A stretch of 64,000 bases of DNA from Vicinamibacterales bacterium (GTDB lineage: Bacteria > Acidobacteriota > Vicinamibacteria > Vicinamibacterales > UBA2999). Made by a program: the position numbers and the translations under genes. This document shows positions 47,890-60,475 of this stretch, in pieces. Below the pieces are notes generated by a model. It worked only from the letters and a program-made list of their open reading frames with translations, did not search any database and was not told where the DNA came from. The stretch is taken from contig JBBQSP010000021.1 of assembly GCA_038213735.1 (NCBI GenBank), forward strand, positions 229-64,228. The letters are read 5' to 3'. Within the stretch, counting starts at the first letter, position 1. Every line of letters starts with the position of its first letter.

Positions 47890-49158
47890 GTGCCCGCCTC
47901 GCAGACTGACCGCATACTTGCCGAAGTCGATCGCGCTGCCGACGAGATTGTCGATTTCGCCGCGCGGCTCGTGCGCATTCCCACGGTGAACCCGCCGGGG
48001 GAGGAGTACGAAGCGTGCGCGAATGCGATTGGCGATCAGTTGCGGGCGCATGGCGCCGAGGTCCACTTGCTGCCGGCGGTCGGCAGGCTCGAGCACACGT
48101 CACGGCATCCCCGCATCAACGTCGTCGGTCGTCACGAAGGCCGCGTCAAGGGGCCGGGCATTCACCTGAACGGGCACTTCGACGTGGTGCCGGCGGGGCA
48201 GGGCTGGACGCGCGATCCGTTCGGCGGGGAGATTGTCGGGGACCGTCTCTATGGCCGCGGGTCCTGCGACATGAAGGCGGGCCTGGCGGCAGCGGTGTTT
48301 GCGGCCGAGGCGATTCGCCGTGCCGGTGTCGCGCACGCGGCGCCGATCGAGATCAGCGGAACCGTGGACGAAGAAAGCGGCGGCTTCGCGGGCGTGGCAT
48401 GGCTGGCCGAGAACCGCTGGATCTCACGAGAGCGGACCAGGGCCGTGATCATCCCGGAGCCGTTCGGTGTGGATCGGGTGTGCGTCGGTCATCGCGGCGT
48501 CTACTGGTTTGAGGTGGTGGCCGAAGGCCGCATCGCCCACGGCAGCATGCCGTATCTCGGAGTGAATGCCATCGAGGGGATATCCCACCTGCTCGACCTG
48601 GTGCGCGACGAGCTGGGGCCGGCCTTGTTTGGGCGCGTGACCGCCATGCCGGTGGTGCCCGAAGGATCGCGGCACGCCACCATCAACATCAACGGGATTG
48701 ACGGCGGCCAGGCGGTGGACGAATTGCCGAGCCCATGTGTCGCCGATCGCTGCCGCGTGGTGTTCGATCGCCGCTTCCTGCTCGAAGAGGGCCTCGAGCG
48801 CACCCGCGCCGAGATCGCCGGCCTGGTGGCAAAAGCGCAGTCGCGAATGCCGGACGTGCGCTTCTCGATCGAAGACCGGATGATCGTCGAGCCGACCCGG
48901 GCACCCGAGGACGCGCCGGTGATCGCGGCGCTGACCGGCGCCATTGCCCGCGTGGTGGGCCGGCCGGCGTCACTGGTGGCGAGTCCTGGCACCTACGATC
49001 AGAAGCACGTCGAGCGCATTGCCGGCGTGCCGCACTGCGTCGCGTACGGCCCCGGCGACCTGGCGCTGGCGCATCAGCCTGACGAGTACTGCTCGATTGC
49101 GGATATTGTGATGGCGACGAAAGTATTGGCGCTGGCCGTTCTGGCGCTGGCAGAATAA
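47890..49158 (+). CDS. M20-family deacylase (ArgE/DapE/ACY1-like)
   Basis: Motifs HFDVVP, GRGSCDMKAG and DEESGG are present. The start GTG 47890 is a guess. Confidence 0.8.
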   Translation: MPASQTDRILAEVDRAADEIVDFAARLVRIPTVNPPGEEYEACANAIGDQLRAHGAEVHLLPAVGRLEHTSRHPRINVVGRHEGRVKGPGIHLNGHFDVVPAGQGWTRDPFGGEIVGDRLYGRGSCDMKAGLAAAVFAAEAIRRAGVAHAAPIEISGTVDEESGGFAGVAWLAENRWISRERTRAVIIPEPFGVDRVCVGHRGVYWFEVVAEGRIAHGSMPYLGVNAIEGISHLLDLVRDELGPALFGRVTAMPVVPEGSRHATININGIDGGQAVDELPSPCVADRCRVVFDRRFLLEEGLERTRAEIAGLVAKAQSRMPDVRFSIEDRMIVEPTRAPEDAPVIAALTGAIARVVGRPASLVASPGTYDQKHVERIAGVPHCVAYGPGDLALAHQPDEYCSIADIVMATKVLALAVLALAE

Positions 49159-49164
49159 AGGCAA

Positions 49165-49234
49165 CACGAAGGCCACGAAGACCACGAAGTAGTCTTCTGA
49201 AAGATCTTGCTTCGTGTCCTTCGTGATCTTCGTG
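49165..49234. repeat. 70-bp hairpin element whose arms are built from CACGAAGNN 9-mers
   Basis: The left arm is CACGAAGGCCACGAAGACCACGAAG and the right arm is CTTCGTGTCCTTCGTGATCTTCGTG. The loop contains the palindrome AAGATCTT. Confidence 0.8.
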
Positions 49235-49253
49235 TTTGCATTTTGGAGCAACG

Positions 49254-50561
49254 ATGACCGGACAAGAAATGGTGGCGCTGTCGAAACAGCACTCGCTCTA
49301 CGAGTGGTCAGCGCAAGCGCATGTCGACCCCATCCCCGTGGCGAAGGCGAAGGGCATCCACTTCTGGACGCCCGAGGGCAAGCGCTTCATCGACTTCAAC
49401 AGCCAGTTGATGTGCGTCAACATCGGCCACGGCGATCCGCGAGTGATCAAGGCAATCCAGGACCAGGCGGCGACGCTGGCCTACGCCAACCCGTTCATGG
49501 CGACCGAGGCGCGCGCCAAGCTGGGGCAGAAGCTGGCGGCGATTTGCCCCGGCGACATCGACGTCTTCTTCTTCACCAACGGCGGCGCCGAGGCCAATGA
49601 GAACGCGATTCGCATCGCCCGGCTGGCGACCGGCCGCCACAAGATCCTCGCGCGCTACCGCTCGTACCACGGCGGCACCGGCGCCAGCCTCACGGCGACC
49701 GGTGATCCGCGGCGCTGGGCGATGGAGCCCGGCATGCCCGGCATCATCCACGTGCCGCACCCGCATCACGGGTTGAAGCGCGGCACGCTCTCGGGCCCCG
49801 ACGCGCTCGCCGAACTCGAAGAAGTGATCATGCTCGAGGGACCGCAGACCATCGCGGGCTTCCTGATGGAGACAGTGACCGGCACCAACGGCATTCACGT
49901 GCCGCCTGACGGCTATCTCGAAGGCGTGCGCGCGCTGTGTGACAAGCACGGCATCCTGCTGATCTGTGATGAGGTGATGTCGGGCTTCGGCCGCACCGGC
50001 GAGTGGTTCGCGGTCGATCACTGGAAGGTGGTCCCCGACATCCTGGTGATGGCAAAGGGCCTGACGAGCGCCTATGTCGCGCTGGGCGCCGTCGGCATCC
50101 GCCGGTCGATCGCGGATCACTTCAAGGAGAAGGTGTTCTACGGCGGCCTCACCTACAACAGCCATCCGCTCGGCTGCGCCGCGGCGCTGGCCACCATCGC
50201 GGTCTACGAGGAAGACAAGCTGATCGAGCGCGCCAAGAAGATGGGCGCGGTGATGGGGCAGATGCTGGCCGAATTAAAGGTCAAGCACCCCTGCGTAGGC
50301 GACGTCCGCTCCATCGGCCTGTTCGGCATCGTCGAACTGGTGAAGGATCGCAACACCATGGAACCGCTGGCGCCCTTCAACGGCACGTCACCGGCCATGC
50401 AGGCGCTCGGCAAGTTCTTCCGCGAGGAAGGGCTCTACACGTTCGTGCGCTGGAACACGTTCTTCACCAATCCGCCGCTGTGCATCACCGAGGCGGAGCT
50501 GGCGGAGGCGTTCGCGATTATCGACAAAGGGCTTTATGTTACGGACCAGGCGGTGGGCTGA
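49254..50561 (+). CDS. Class III (omega) aminotransferase
   Basis: GGAG lies 5 nt upstream of the ATG. Motifs FTNGGAEANENAIR, DEVMSGFGRTG and AKGLTS are present. Confidence 0.85.
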   Translation: MTGQEMVALSKQHSLYEWSAQAHVDPIPVAKAKGIHFWTPEGKRFIDFNSQLMCVNIGHGDPRVIKAIQDQAATLAYANPFMATEARAKLGQKLAAICPGDIDVFFFTNGGAEANENAIRIARLATGRHKILARYRSYHGGTGASLTATGDPRRWAMEPGMPGIIHVPHPHHGLKRGTLSGPDALAELEEVIMLEGPQTIAGFLMETVTGTNGIHVPPDGYLEGVRALCDKHGILLICDEVMSGFGRTGEWFAVDHWKVVPDILVMAKGLTSAYVALGAVGIRRSIADHFKEKVFYGGLTYNSHPLGCAAALATIAVYEEDKLIERAKKMGAVMGQMLAELKVKHPCVGDVRSIGLFGIVELVKDRNTMEPLAPFNGTSPAMQALGKFFREEGLYTFVRWNTFFTNPPLCITEAELAEAFAIIDKGLYVTDQAVG

Positions 50562-50626
50562 TGCCCACCGTTGGGCTCGCGCGCTTCGCGCTCTCGTCGG
50601 GCTCGGCGCTTCGCGCCTCGTGGGGA
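50562..50626. repeat. GC-rich GGGCTCGGCG...TTCGCGCC repeat
   Basis: Shares TCGTCGGGCTCGGCG and GGCGC-TTC-GCGCC triloop hairpins with 12662-12740 and 15728-15920. It fills the gap between convergent genes. Confidence 0.8.
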
Positions 50627-50631
50627 TAAAG

Positions 50632-53421
50632 CTACGGCAGGCTCTGAACGTGCTTCACCCAGGCGGCCACTAACGGCTGCATCGCGCCCTTGGAGGCCGT
50701 GTAAGCCTTCGACCACTTCGCGATGTTGATCTTGTCGGCGGCCAGGGTAGCCGGCTGCGGCGCGTTCAGGTGGCGGATGTAGGTGCCGAAGATCGCCGCC
50801 AGTTGCGCCGACTGATCGCCCGGGTTGGTTTCCAGGTACGGCGTCAACACGGCCACCGCGTCGGCGGGCCGGCCGCCCAGCACGTAGGCCATGCCCATCA
50901 GCTTGCGCGTGCGCGCGTCAACGCCGGGTTGCTGCATGGCCAGTTCGAGCGGCGCGATGGCGAGCACCGGCTGCCCGGCCTTGATCCACTCCTCGCCGGC
51001 GAGCCTCGCGACCGCGGCGTTCGGCGGCGTGTTCGCCGCGCTCTGGATCAGCCCGGCCGCCTCCTTGTGACGGTTCGCCGCGGCGAGCGACGCGCCCAGG
51101 TAGAGGCGCGCCGGCATGAACGACGGCGCGATCTGCATCGCGCTCTGGAACTGCACGGAGGCCTTGTCGAGTTGCGACAACTGGAACAGCTCGAGGCCCT
51201 TGAGGAAGGCGGCCAGCGCCTGATCGCCGTCACCGAGTGCGGTCATGGCGGCAGAGCCCAGGTCACCGCCGCGCGCTTCCTTGACCGCTGATACCGAGGC
51301 GGCGGGACGGCCCTCGGCGGCCGCGAACATCGGCGTGAGCGCGGCCGGCGTCAGCAACTCCTTCGCATTGAAATTCTCCAGGCCGCCGAGCAGCACCGAG
51401 ATCATCTGGGCGGGCAGCGGACCGCCCGCCGCGGCCACCGGCACGCCGTCGTTCAAGGCCGGCGTCTCCGTGACAATGCGGAACGGGCGAATCATATGGC
51501 CCTGGGCCTTGCCGGCTTGCCGGATCGTGCTGCGCGCCAGGTAGCGGCCCGGCGGCAGTGCGGTGGTACTGAACTGCGCGGTGCCGGCGAGGATCTCGGG
51601 CGACGGCCCGGCGCCGATCCGCATGGGGATGGCGGCGAGCGCCGGGGCGTCTTCGTTGGTGAGGATCTCGAGGGTGGCTTCGAGCCCGGCCAGTTGCGCC
51701 GGCGAGCCATACATTTCGACGAGGGCGGCCATTTGCCCGCCGCCAACCGCGGGTTCGATGGCGGGCACCAGCGGGGCGGCCTGCCCAGGCGTGAGGCCGC
51801 CGACGACCAGGTCGCCCATGGCCAGCGCCGGTCCATCCATCTGCCAGGCGGTGACCAGGCGCGAGACGCTGCCAACGCGGCCCTCGCTGTCGGCCATCGA
51901 GAGGATCAACCGGTACTCACCCGGGTCCACCGCCATCGAGGCCGAGAACAGCGCGGTGCCGGGGTCGCCGGCCTTCTCGGCCAGCGTCCGTGGCCCGACG
52001 GCGGGCGCGAGGCCGCGTCCCGCCTTGTTCACCAGCAAGAGGCCGGTGGTGTAGTCGAGCGGTTGACCGGCCAGCCGTTCGGCCTCGGCGGACACCAACA
52101 CCCGGACCTTTGAACTGCCCGGTTCCTTGTAGGTCCAGGTGGCCAGGCGCAGCGGCAGGTCGTTGATGGGCAGCAGCGACTTGAGCGCGCGCGTCACCGC
52201 GTCGGCCGGCGTGGTGGCCTTGGCCGACACCGAGGTCAGGAAGCTGCGCCGCGAGCGAATGGTGACGCTGCGGCGGCCTGACTTCACGGAGATGTTGTGG
52301 CGGCGGCCGTTGCGGTCGTCGGGCCGCGCCTCGACGCCCAGCAAGTAAAAGCCATCGATGCCGCGCGAGATGCGGTCGAACGCGAACCCGGCCGTGGTGT
52401 TGATGCGGTAGAGCCCGCCGCGCGCCGCGCCGGCGAGCATCTCGAGGCCAGTGACCTGCAAGTCGCGGTCCTCTCGCGGGGTGTTGGGGCGCTCGCGTTG
52501 CGACACGTCAAAGTTCGGCACGTCCATCAGCAGCACGTCGATGCTCGCTTGAGCGTCGGCCGCCGCCGACGCCAGCTCGTCGGTCTCGCCGCCCAGGCCT
52601 TCGAAGACCAGGCCTTCCGACATCAGGATGATCGACTTGGGCCCCTCGATGCCGGCCAGGCTTTGGATGACCGCGCGCATGCCCGCCACCGACGAGTTGG
52701 TCCGCTGCCGGATGTCGGCGGCAATCTGCGCGGCATCCTGTTCCACTTCGCGCTCGCACCGTTCGGCGTCGATCGCCGCCCCGCACTCGCGCTTCAGCAC
52801 TTCGATGGCCAGCTGCAGGTTGTTATGGGTGTAAAGCGCCATCGCTTCGGTCACGCTCAGATTGAAGCGGCCCTTTATCGGATCGGAGCCGCCGACAATG
52901 CGCAGCAACGACTCGCGGACCTTGTCGTGATCGGTGGTGAAGTCCACCAGTTCGCCGGGGCCGGGCACCGCGATCACCGCGACCCGATCCTCCGGCGTGA
53001 GCGTGTCCACGAACTGCTTGGCGCTGTTCATGATCGCGCGCGCGGCGCCGGTGCGGATGTTGCCCTGGTCGACCAGCAGCATGATCAGCCGTCCGCTCGG
53101 CGCGCCCTTGGCGTTGGAGGTAAAGAAGGCCTCGTCTGGCGCGGCCACCACCGTGCGCGGTGCGCCGATCACGCGCAGCGGATCGACCGAGCGAATGTAT
53201 TCAGCCGACATGACCTGGCGGGCATCGCCGTCAACCTCGACCAGGAAGTCGGTGGCGGCCAGGTCGGTGACCTGACGGCCGTTGCTGTCGAGCGCGGTCA
53301 CGTCCACGCTGATCAGCTCGACGCCCGCCCGAAACACCGGCTGCGACGCCGGAGCCTGGGGCGCCTGTGCCGACAGCAGGGCCGCGGATGTGACGATGGC
53401 CGCGACGATCAGGAATCGCAT
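50632..53421 (-). CDS. Large VWFA-related acidobacterial-domain secreted protein with TPR-like C-terminus
   Basis: A signal peptide is followed by the FRAGVELISVDVTALDSNGRQVTDLAATDFLV module, paralogous to 13769..15727, then a VWA-like region and a helical-repeat tail. Confidence 0.75.
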   Translation of the reverse strand: MRFLIVAAIVTSAALLSAQAPQAPASQPVFRAGVELISVDVTALDSNGRQVTDLAATDFLVEVDGDARQVMSAEYIRSVDPLRVIGAPRTVVAAPDEAFFTSNAKGAPSGRLIMLLVDQGNIRTGAARAIMNSAKQFVDTLTPEDRVAVIAVPGPGELVDFTTDHDKVRESLLRIVGGSDPIKGRFNLSVTEAMALYTHNNLQLAIEVLKRECGAAIDAERCEREVEQDAAQIAADIRQRTNSSVAGMRAVIQSLAGIEGPKSIILMSEGLVFEGLGGETDELASAAADAQASIDVLLMDVPNFDVSQRERPNTPREDRDLQVTGLEMLAGAARGGLYRINTTAGFAFDRISRGIDGFYLLGVEARPDDRNGRRHNISVKSGRRSVTIRSRRSFLTSVSAKATTPADAVTRALKSLLPINDLPLRLATWTYKEPGSSKVRVLVSAEAERLAGQPLDYTTGLLLVNKAGRGLAPAVGPRTLAEKAGDPGTALFSASMAVDPGEYRLILSMADSEGRVGSVSRLVTAWQMDGPALAMGDLVVGGLTPGQAAPLVPAIEPAVGGGQMAALVEMYGSPAQLAGLEATLEILTNEDAPALAAIPMRIGAGPSPEILAGTAQFSTTALPPGRYLARSTIRQAGKAQGHMIRPFRIVTETPALNDGVPVAAAGGPLPAQMISVLLGGLENFNAKELLTPAALTPMFAAAEGRPAASVSAVKEARGGDLGSAAMTALGDGDQALAAFLKGLELFQLSQLDKASVQFQSAMQIAPSFMPARLYLGASLAAANRHKEAAGLIQSAANTPPNAAVARLAGEEWIKAGQPVLAIAPLELAMQQPGVDARTRKLMGMAYVLGGRPADAVAVLTPYLETNPGDQSAQLAAIFGTYIRHLNAPQPATLAADKINIAKWSKAYTASKGAMQPLVAAWVKHVQSLP

Positions 53422-53469
53422 GACGAACCCCTCGCGCGCATCTTACCCCGCGGCTTAGAATCAGGAGAC

Positions 53470-54468
53470 ATGTCAGTTCGCGATGTCATCATCATTGGAG
53501 CCGGTCCGTCCGGACTCGCCACCGCCATTGCCGCCAAGCACTTCGGCCTCGATTACCTCGTCCTCGAAAAAGGGTCGCTGGTCGACGGCATTGCGCGGTT
53601 CCCCATCAACATGGTGTTCTTCACCACTCCCGAGCTGCTGGAGATTGGTGGCATTCCGCTGACCACGCCGTACGAGAAACCGACCCGGGCCGAGGCGTTG
53701 AGGTACTACCGCAAGGTCGTTGACACGTTCCAGCTGCAGGTCTCGCTGTTCGAAGAGGTGACGGAGGTCGAGACCGCTACCGCCGACGAGGCCGCCGAGG
53801 TCGGTGCGGCAACCCTCTTTCGCGTCCACACCCGCAACGCGCGCGGCGTCACGCGCGTGCGCGAGGCACGCCATGTCGTGCTGTCCATGGGCTACTACGG
53901 CGCGCCGGTCATGTTGAACATTCCTGGCGAAGACTTGCCGCACGTCTCGCATTTCTACAGGGAAGCGCACCCGTACTACCGGCAACGCGTGGTGATTGTC
54001 GGCGGCAAGAACTCCGCCGCCGAAGCGGCGCTCGAGATCCACCGCGCCGGCGGCCACGTCACCATCGTCCACCGCGGCGCGGCGTTCGGGGACTCGATCA
54101 AATACTGGGTGAAGCCCGATATCGAGAACCGCGTGAAGGAAGGGTCGATCGCGGCGCACTTTGGCGCCAACATCGTCGAGATTCGGCCGACCGAGGTCGT
54201 GCTCGACTCCGGCGTGACGCTGCCCGCCGAGGGCGTGTTGCTCTTGACCGGCTACCGCGCCGACCCCGACTTCATGCGCCGCGCCGGCGTTGACATCAAC
54301 CCAGAGACGCTCGAGCCGGCGTACGACGCCCAGACCTACGAAACCAACGTACCCGGACTATTCGTGGCGGGCGGCCAGGTCGCCGGCAAGAAGACCGGCA
54401 GCGTGTTCATCGAGAACGGCCGGTTCCACGGCGAGGTGATTGCGAAAACGCTCGCCGGGCGCATGTAG
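53470..54468 (+). CDS. ypdA: YpdA-family FAD/NAD(P) disulfide reductase (putative bacillithiol disulfide reductase type)
   Basis: Two dinucleotide-binding motifs are present (IIIGAGPSGLA, VVIVGGKNSAAEAA). The family call is from memory. Confidence 0.65.
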   Translation: MSVRDVIIIGAGPSGLATAIAAKHFGLDYLVLEKGSLVDGIARFPINMVFFTTPELLEIGGIPLTTPYEKPTRAEALRYYRKVVDTFQLQVSLFEEVTEVETATADEAAEVGAATLFRVHTRNARGVTRVREARHVVLSMGYYGAPVMLNIPGEDLPHVSHFYREAHPYYRQRVVIVGGKNSAAEAALEIHRAGGHVTIVHRGAAFGDSIKYWVKPDIENRVKEGSIAAHFGANIVEIRPTEVVLDSGVTLPAEGVLLLTGYRADPDFMRRAGVDINPETLEPAYDAQTYETNVPGLFVAGGQVAGKKTGSVFIENGRFHGEVIAKTLAGRM

Positions 54469-54480
54469 AATTACTGCATC

Positions 54481-55665
54481 ATGCGCGAAGCCGTCATCGT
54501 CTCGAGCAGCCGTACGCCCCTCGCCAAGTCACAACGCGGCTCCTTCAACATCACCCGGCCCGACGATCTGGCCGCGCACTGCATCGTCGATGCGCTAGCC
54601 AAGGCCCCCGGGCTGGCGCCGGCCGAGATCGAGGAAGTGATTCTCGGTTGCGGGCAGCCGCATGGGCCGCAGGGACACAACATTGCCCGCGTCGCGGCGT
54701 TGCGGGCCGGGCTGCCGGTGTCCACGCCAGGCGTCACGGTGAATCGCTTCTGCAATTCCGGGCTGCAGGCCATCGTCCAGGCGGCGCACATGGTGCTGCA
54801 AGAGGGCGTCGAGGCCGCCATTGGCGGCGGCGTCGAGTCGATCACGATGATGCAGCGCGACAACTCGCCCAATCCGTGGGTGCAGCAGCACCATCCCGGG
54901 CTCTACATGGTGATGGGTGAGACCGCGGAAGTGGTGGCCAAGCGCTACGGCATCAGCCGGTTGGCGCAGGACGAGTACTCGGTGATCAGCCAGATGCGCA
55001 CGGCGAGCGCCCAGCAGGGAGGCGCGTTCGCCGACGAGATTGCCCCCATTGATGTCCGCCGCGCCATTCTCGACAAGAAGACCGGCGAGAAGACCGGCGA
55101 GGAAGACGCGCGCGTGGACCGCGACGAGTGCAACCGTGCCGACACCACCCTCGAGGCCCTGCAGAAGCTGCCGCCGGTGTTCGACAAGACCAGCGGGCAA
55201 GGCAGCGTGACGGCCGGCAATTCGTCGCAGTTATCGGATGGCGCGTCGGCTACGGTGGTGATGTCCATGGCGCGCGCCAAGGACCTCGGCCTGACGCCCC
55301 TGCTGGTGTTTCGTGGTTATGCCGTGGCGGGCTGTGAACCGGACGAGATGGGGATCGGCCCGGTCTATGCCGTGCCCAAGCTTCTCAAGAACCAGGGGCT
55401 CACGGTTGATGACATCGACCTGTGGGAGCTCAACGAAGCGTTTGCGTCGCAGGTGCTGTACTGCCGCGACAAGCTGGGCATCCCGATGGAGCGGCTCAAC
55501 GTCAACGGCGGCTCGATTGCGATCGGCCATCCGTTCGGCATGACCGGGTCGCGCCTGGTGGGCACGATCGCTTACGAGATGCAGCGTCGCCAGGCGCGCT
55601 ACGGTGTGGTCACCATGTGCGTAGGCGGCGGGCAGGGCGCAGCGGCCCTGTTCGAGCGCGCTTAG
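54481..55665 (+). CDS. Acetyl-CoA C-acyltransferase (3-ketoacyl-CoA thiolase)
   Basis: Motifs NRFCNSG, GNSSQLSDGA, NGGSIAIGHPFGMTG and CVGGGQG are present. Confidence 0.9.
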   Translation: MREAVIVSSSRTPLAKSQRGSFNITRPDDLAAHCIVDALAKAPGLAPAEIEEVILGCGQPHGPQGHNIARVAALRAGLPVSTPGVTVNRFCNSGLQAIVQAAHMVLQEGVEAAIGGGVESITMMQRDNSPNPWVQQHHPGLYMVMGETAEVVAKRYGISRLAQDEYSVISQMRTASAQQGGAFADEIAPIDVRRAILDKKTGEKTGEEDARVDRDECNRADTTLEALQKLPPVFDKTSGQGSVTAGNSSQLSDGASATVVMSMARAKDLGLTPLLVFRGYAVAGCEPDEMGIGPVYAVPKLLKNQGLTVDDIDLWELNEAFASQVLYCRDKLGIPMERLNVNGGSIAIGHPFGMTGSRLVGTIAYEMQRRQARYGVVTMCVGGGQGAAALFERA

Positions 55666-55674
55666 TCGCCCGCG

Positions 55675-57792
<2,118 letters not shown>

Positions 57793-57798
57793 GTGTGC

Positions 57799-58980
57799 TT
57801 AATCGAGGGGCTTGAGGTAAAGGGGAACGAACTTGCCGCCGACCACGTGCGCCGCGACGGTGGTTTGCTCGAGGTGGCCGCTCGCGTCAACGCCGAGCAA
57901 CTCCGACGGCTTGGCTTCGTCTGGCAAGGTCTTGGCGGCCTCGTCCAGCTTGGCGTGAATCGCCCTGGCGTCGGTGGTCGTGCCGGCCAGTTCCATGGCC
58001 CGGGCCAGGATGCGCATGGCGCCGTAGGTGAGGCTGACCTCACGCGGCGGGTCGCGATCGGCGCCCTTCTTGGCGCGGTACTTCTCCACGAACCGCGCCG
58101 CGCGGAAGTCGGGATGGTGCACCGTCGGCATCACCCCGACGGAGTGTTCGAGCATGGCCATCGGCACCAGCTTGTTCATCTCCTCGAACTTCGCCTGGTC
58201 CATCACGACGAAGCCGCCCTTGAACCCCTGCTCGCGCGCCGCCTTGATCACGAGCGCCGTCGCCTGCGACGGCCCGCCGACGAACAGCACGTCCGGCTTC
58301 TCGGACAGGGCCTTGCTGACGACGCTCGAGAAGTCGGTGGTGGTGTTGTAGTCAATCTCGTTGTTGGTGAGCAGCGTGCCGCCCTTGCCCTCCCAGACTG
58401 CCGAGAAGCCCTTCGTCCACTCTTTCGCGTAGGCGTGCGCGCCGGGGATGCGGCCCAGCCGCTTGCCGTGGCCGTCGATCATCGTCTGCGCGAAGGCGTC
58501 GAAGTAGATCGGGTATTTCGGCGGAATCATCAGCGTCAGGGGATTGCCGCTTTCCACGATCTGAGGCTCGCTGCTGTAGGCGCCGACGATGAAGGGCGGG
58601 TCCGAGCCGTTGAAGCCCTGGATGGCGAGAATGCCGCCGCTGTGCGGGCAGAACACCGCCGGTGCGCGGTTCTGGTGCACGAGTCGCTTCGCGTTGGTGG
58701 CCGATTCGTTGGGAAAGTAGCGGTCGTCGAGCGGCGTCACCGACACCGTCACCGTCCGGCCGGCGACGGTGATGCCGCCGGCGGCGTTGATGTCCTCGAT
58801 CGCCATCTCGAGGCCGTCGAGCACATTGCGGCCGTAAAGCGCGGCGCCGCCGCTCAGCGGTCCCGTAAATCCCACCGTGACGGTATCGCCGGCCGGACTC
58901 GACGAGCAACCGGCAAGCGCCGCGATCAACGCAGCGGCGAAAGAGAGGCGAGCGACTGACTTGCGACTACGACTCATCAC
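57799..58980 (-). CDS. ABC transporter substrate-binding lipoprotein (LivK/branched-chain amino acid family)
   Basis: Contains a lipobox (LAGC) and the type I periplasmic binding fold pattern. Confidence 0.8.
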   Translation of the reverse strand: MMSRSRKSVARLSFAAALIAALAGCSSSPAGDTVTVGFTGPLSGGAALYGRNVLDGLEMAIEDINAAGGITVAGRTVTVSVTPLDDRYFPNESATNAKRLVHQNRAPAVFCPHSGGILAIQGFNGSDPPFIVGAYSSEPQIVESGNPLTLMIPPKYPIYFDAFAQTMIDGHGKRLGRIPGAHAYAKEWTKGFSAVWEGKGGTLLTNNEIDYNTTTDFSSVVSKALSEKPDVLFVGGPSQATALVIKAAREQGFKGGFVVMDQAKFEEMNKLVPMAMLEHSVGVMPTVHHPDFRAARFVEKYRAKKGADRDPPREVSLTYGAMRILARAMELAGTTTDARAIHAKLDEAAKTLPDEAKPSELLGVDASGHLEQTTVAAHVVGGKFVPLYLKPLD

Positions 58981-59009
58981 AACTCCTTGGCTCTGGCACC
59001 GTAGGCACC

Positions 59010-59720
59010 CTAAGCCCCCATGTAAGCCCGCCGGACCTCGTCGTGGGTCATGAGGTCCGCTGCCGGTCCTTCAATCACGATGCGGCCGCCTTCGAGCACG
59101 TAACCGCGGTGAGCGATCTCGAGCGCCGCGTAAGCGTTCTGTTCAGCCAGCAGCACCATTGTACCGGCCCGGTTGATCGCCGCAACCGCGTCGAGCACCT
59201 GCCGCACCACCTTGGGCGCGAGGCTGACCGACGGCTCGTCGAGCAGCAGCAGGCGCGGCTCGGCCATCAGCGCCCGCGCGATCGCCACCATCTGCTGTTG
59301 TCCGCCGCTGAGCGCCCCGGCCGGGTCGGCGGTGCGCGTCTTGAGCGCCGGAAACAACGTCAGCACGCGCTCGAGCCGGTGTTCGATCGCAGCCCGGTCG
59401 TGGCACAGATACGCGCCGAGGCGCAGGTTGGTCAACACCGAGAGCGCCGGAAACAGCTTGCGGCCCTCCGGGCAGTGCGACAGGCCAGTGGCGACGATCT
59501 CGCGCGGGCTCAAAGTCGAAAGCTCTTGACCCGCGAACTGGATGCCGGCACCGGCGTCGGCGCGGACCAGGCCGCTGACCGCGCGGAACACGGTGGTCTT
59601 GCCCGCGCCGTTGGCGCCCAGCAGTACCACCAGCTCGCCTTCACGCACCTCGAGGTTGACCTCGCGGATGGCTTGAAAGCCGCCGTACGACACGGTGAGG
59701 TTCGAGACCTGCAACGTCAT
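59010..59720 (-). CDS. livF: ABC transporter ATP-binding protein (LivF type)
   Basis: Motifs [17 protein letters not shown] and LLLLDEP are present. ATG 59720 overlaps the upstream stop (ATGA). Confidence 0.85.
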   Translation of the reverse strand: MTLQVSNLTVSYGGFQAIREVNLEVREGELVVLLGANGAGKTTVFRAVSGLVRADAGAGIQFAGQELSTLSPREIVATGLSHCPEGRKLFPALSVLTNLRLGAYLCHDRAAIEHRLERVLTLFPALKTRTADPAGALSGGQQQMVAIARALMAEPRLLLLDEPSVSLAPKVVRQVLDAVAAINRAGTMVLLAEQNAYAALEIAHRGYVLEGGRIVIEGPAADLMTHDEVRRAYMGA

Positions 59721-60475
59721 TTGTGCCCCAGATACGCCTCGAGAACGGCAGGAGCGAGGCGAATCTCGTTGGGCGTGCCCTCGGCGATCTTCTTGCCGTA
59801 GTCGAGCACCATGATCCGCTGGCACAGGTGCATCACCGCCTGCATCTGATGTTCGATCAGGCACACTGTGACGCCGCTGGCCGCAATGCGCTCGATCAAG
59901 GCAATCAATCCGCGGGACTGCTCCGCGTTGATGCCGGCGAACGGTTCGTCGAGAAGCAGCAGCCGTGGCTGCGCTACCAGGGCCAGGGCCATGGCGAGCC
60001 GCTTCTGCTGCTCCTGCGTCAGGCTGTTCGCGAGCCGGTCGGCACGGTCACCCAGGCCCACGAGCTCGAGCGTCGCGCGCGCGGCGTGATGCGCCTCGCG
60101 CTCTTCGCGGGCCAGCCGGCCGCTTCGGACCAGCGCATCCCACAGGCCCGCCCGTGTCCGTTGGCGGTAGCCGACCAACACGTTCTCGATCGCCGTGGCG
60201 TCGGCAAACAGCGTGGTGGCCTGGAAGGTGCGCGCCATCCCGCGTCGCGCCATCTGGTGCGCGGCCAGGCGCGTGACGTCTTCGCCCTCGAACACAATGC
60301 GACCACTCGTCGGTGGCAGCGCGCCGCTGATCAAGTTGAAGAACGTCGTCTTGCCGGCGCCGTTGGGACCGATGATCCCGGTAATCGAGCCCGCCGCGAC
60401 GGTGAGGTCCACGGCTTCGACCGCGCGCAGTCCGCCGAACGCCTTGGTGAGGCCGTGGGTTTCGAGCAGCATCAT
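59717..60475 (-). CDS. livG: ABC transporter ATP-binding protein (LivG type)
   Basis: Motifs GPNGAGKTT and [10 protein letters not shown] are present. The start overlaps the livM stop (ATGA). Confidence 0.85.
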   Translation of the reverse strand: MMLLETHGLTKAFGGLRAVEAVDLTVAAGSITGIIGPNGAGKTTFFNLISGALPPTSGRIVFEGEDVTRLAAHQMARRGMARTFQATTLFADATAIENVLVGYRQRTRAGLWDALVRSGRLAREEREAHHAARATLELVGLGDRADRLANSLTQEQQKRLAMALALVAQPRLLLLDEPFAGINAEQSRGLIALIERIAASGVTVCLIEHQMQAVMHLCQRIMVLDYGKKIAEGTPNEIRLAPAVLEAYLGHK

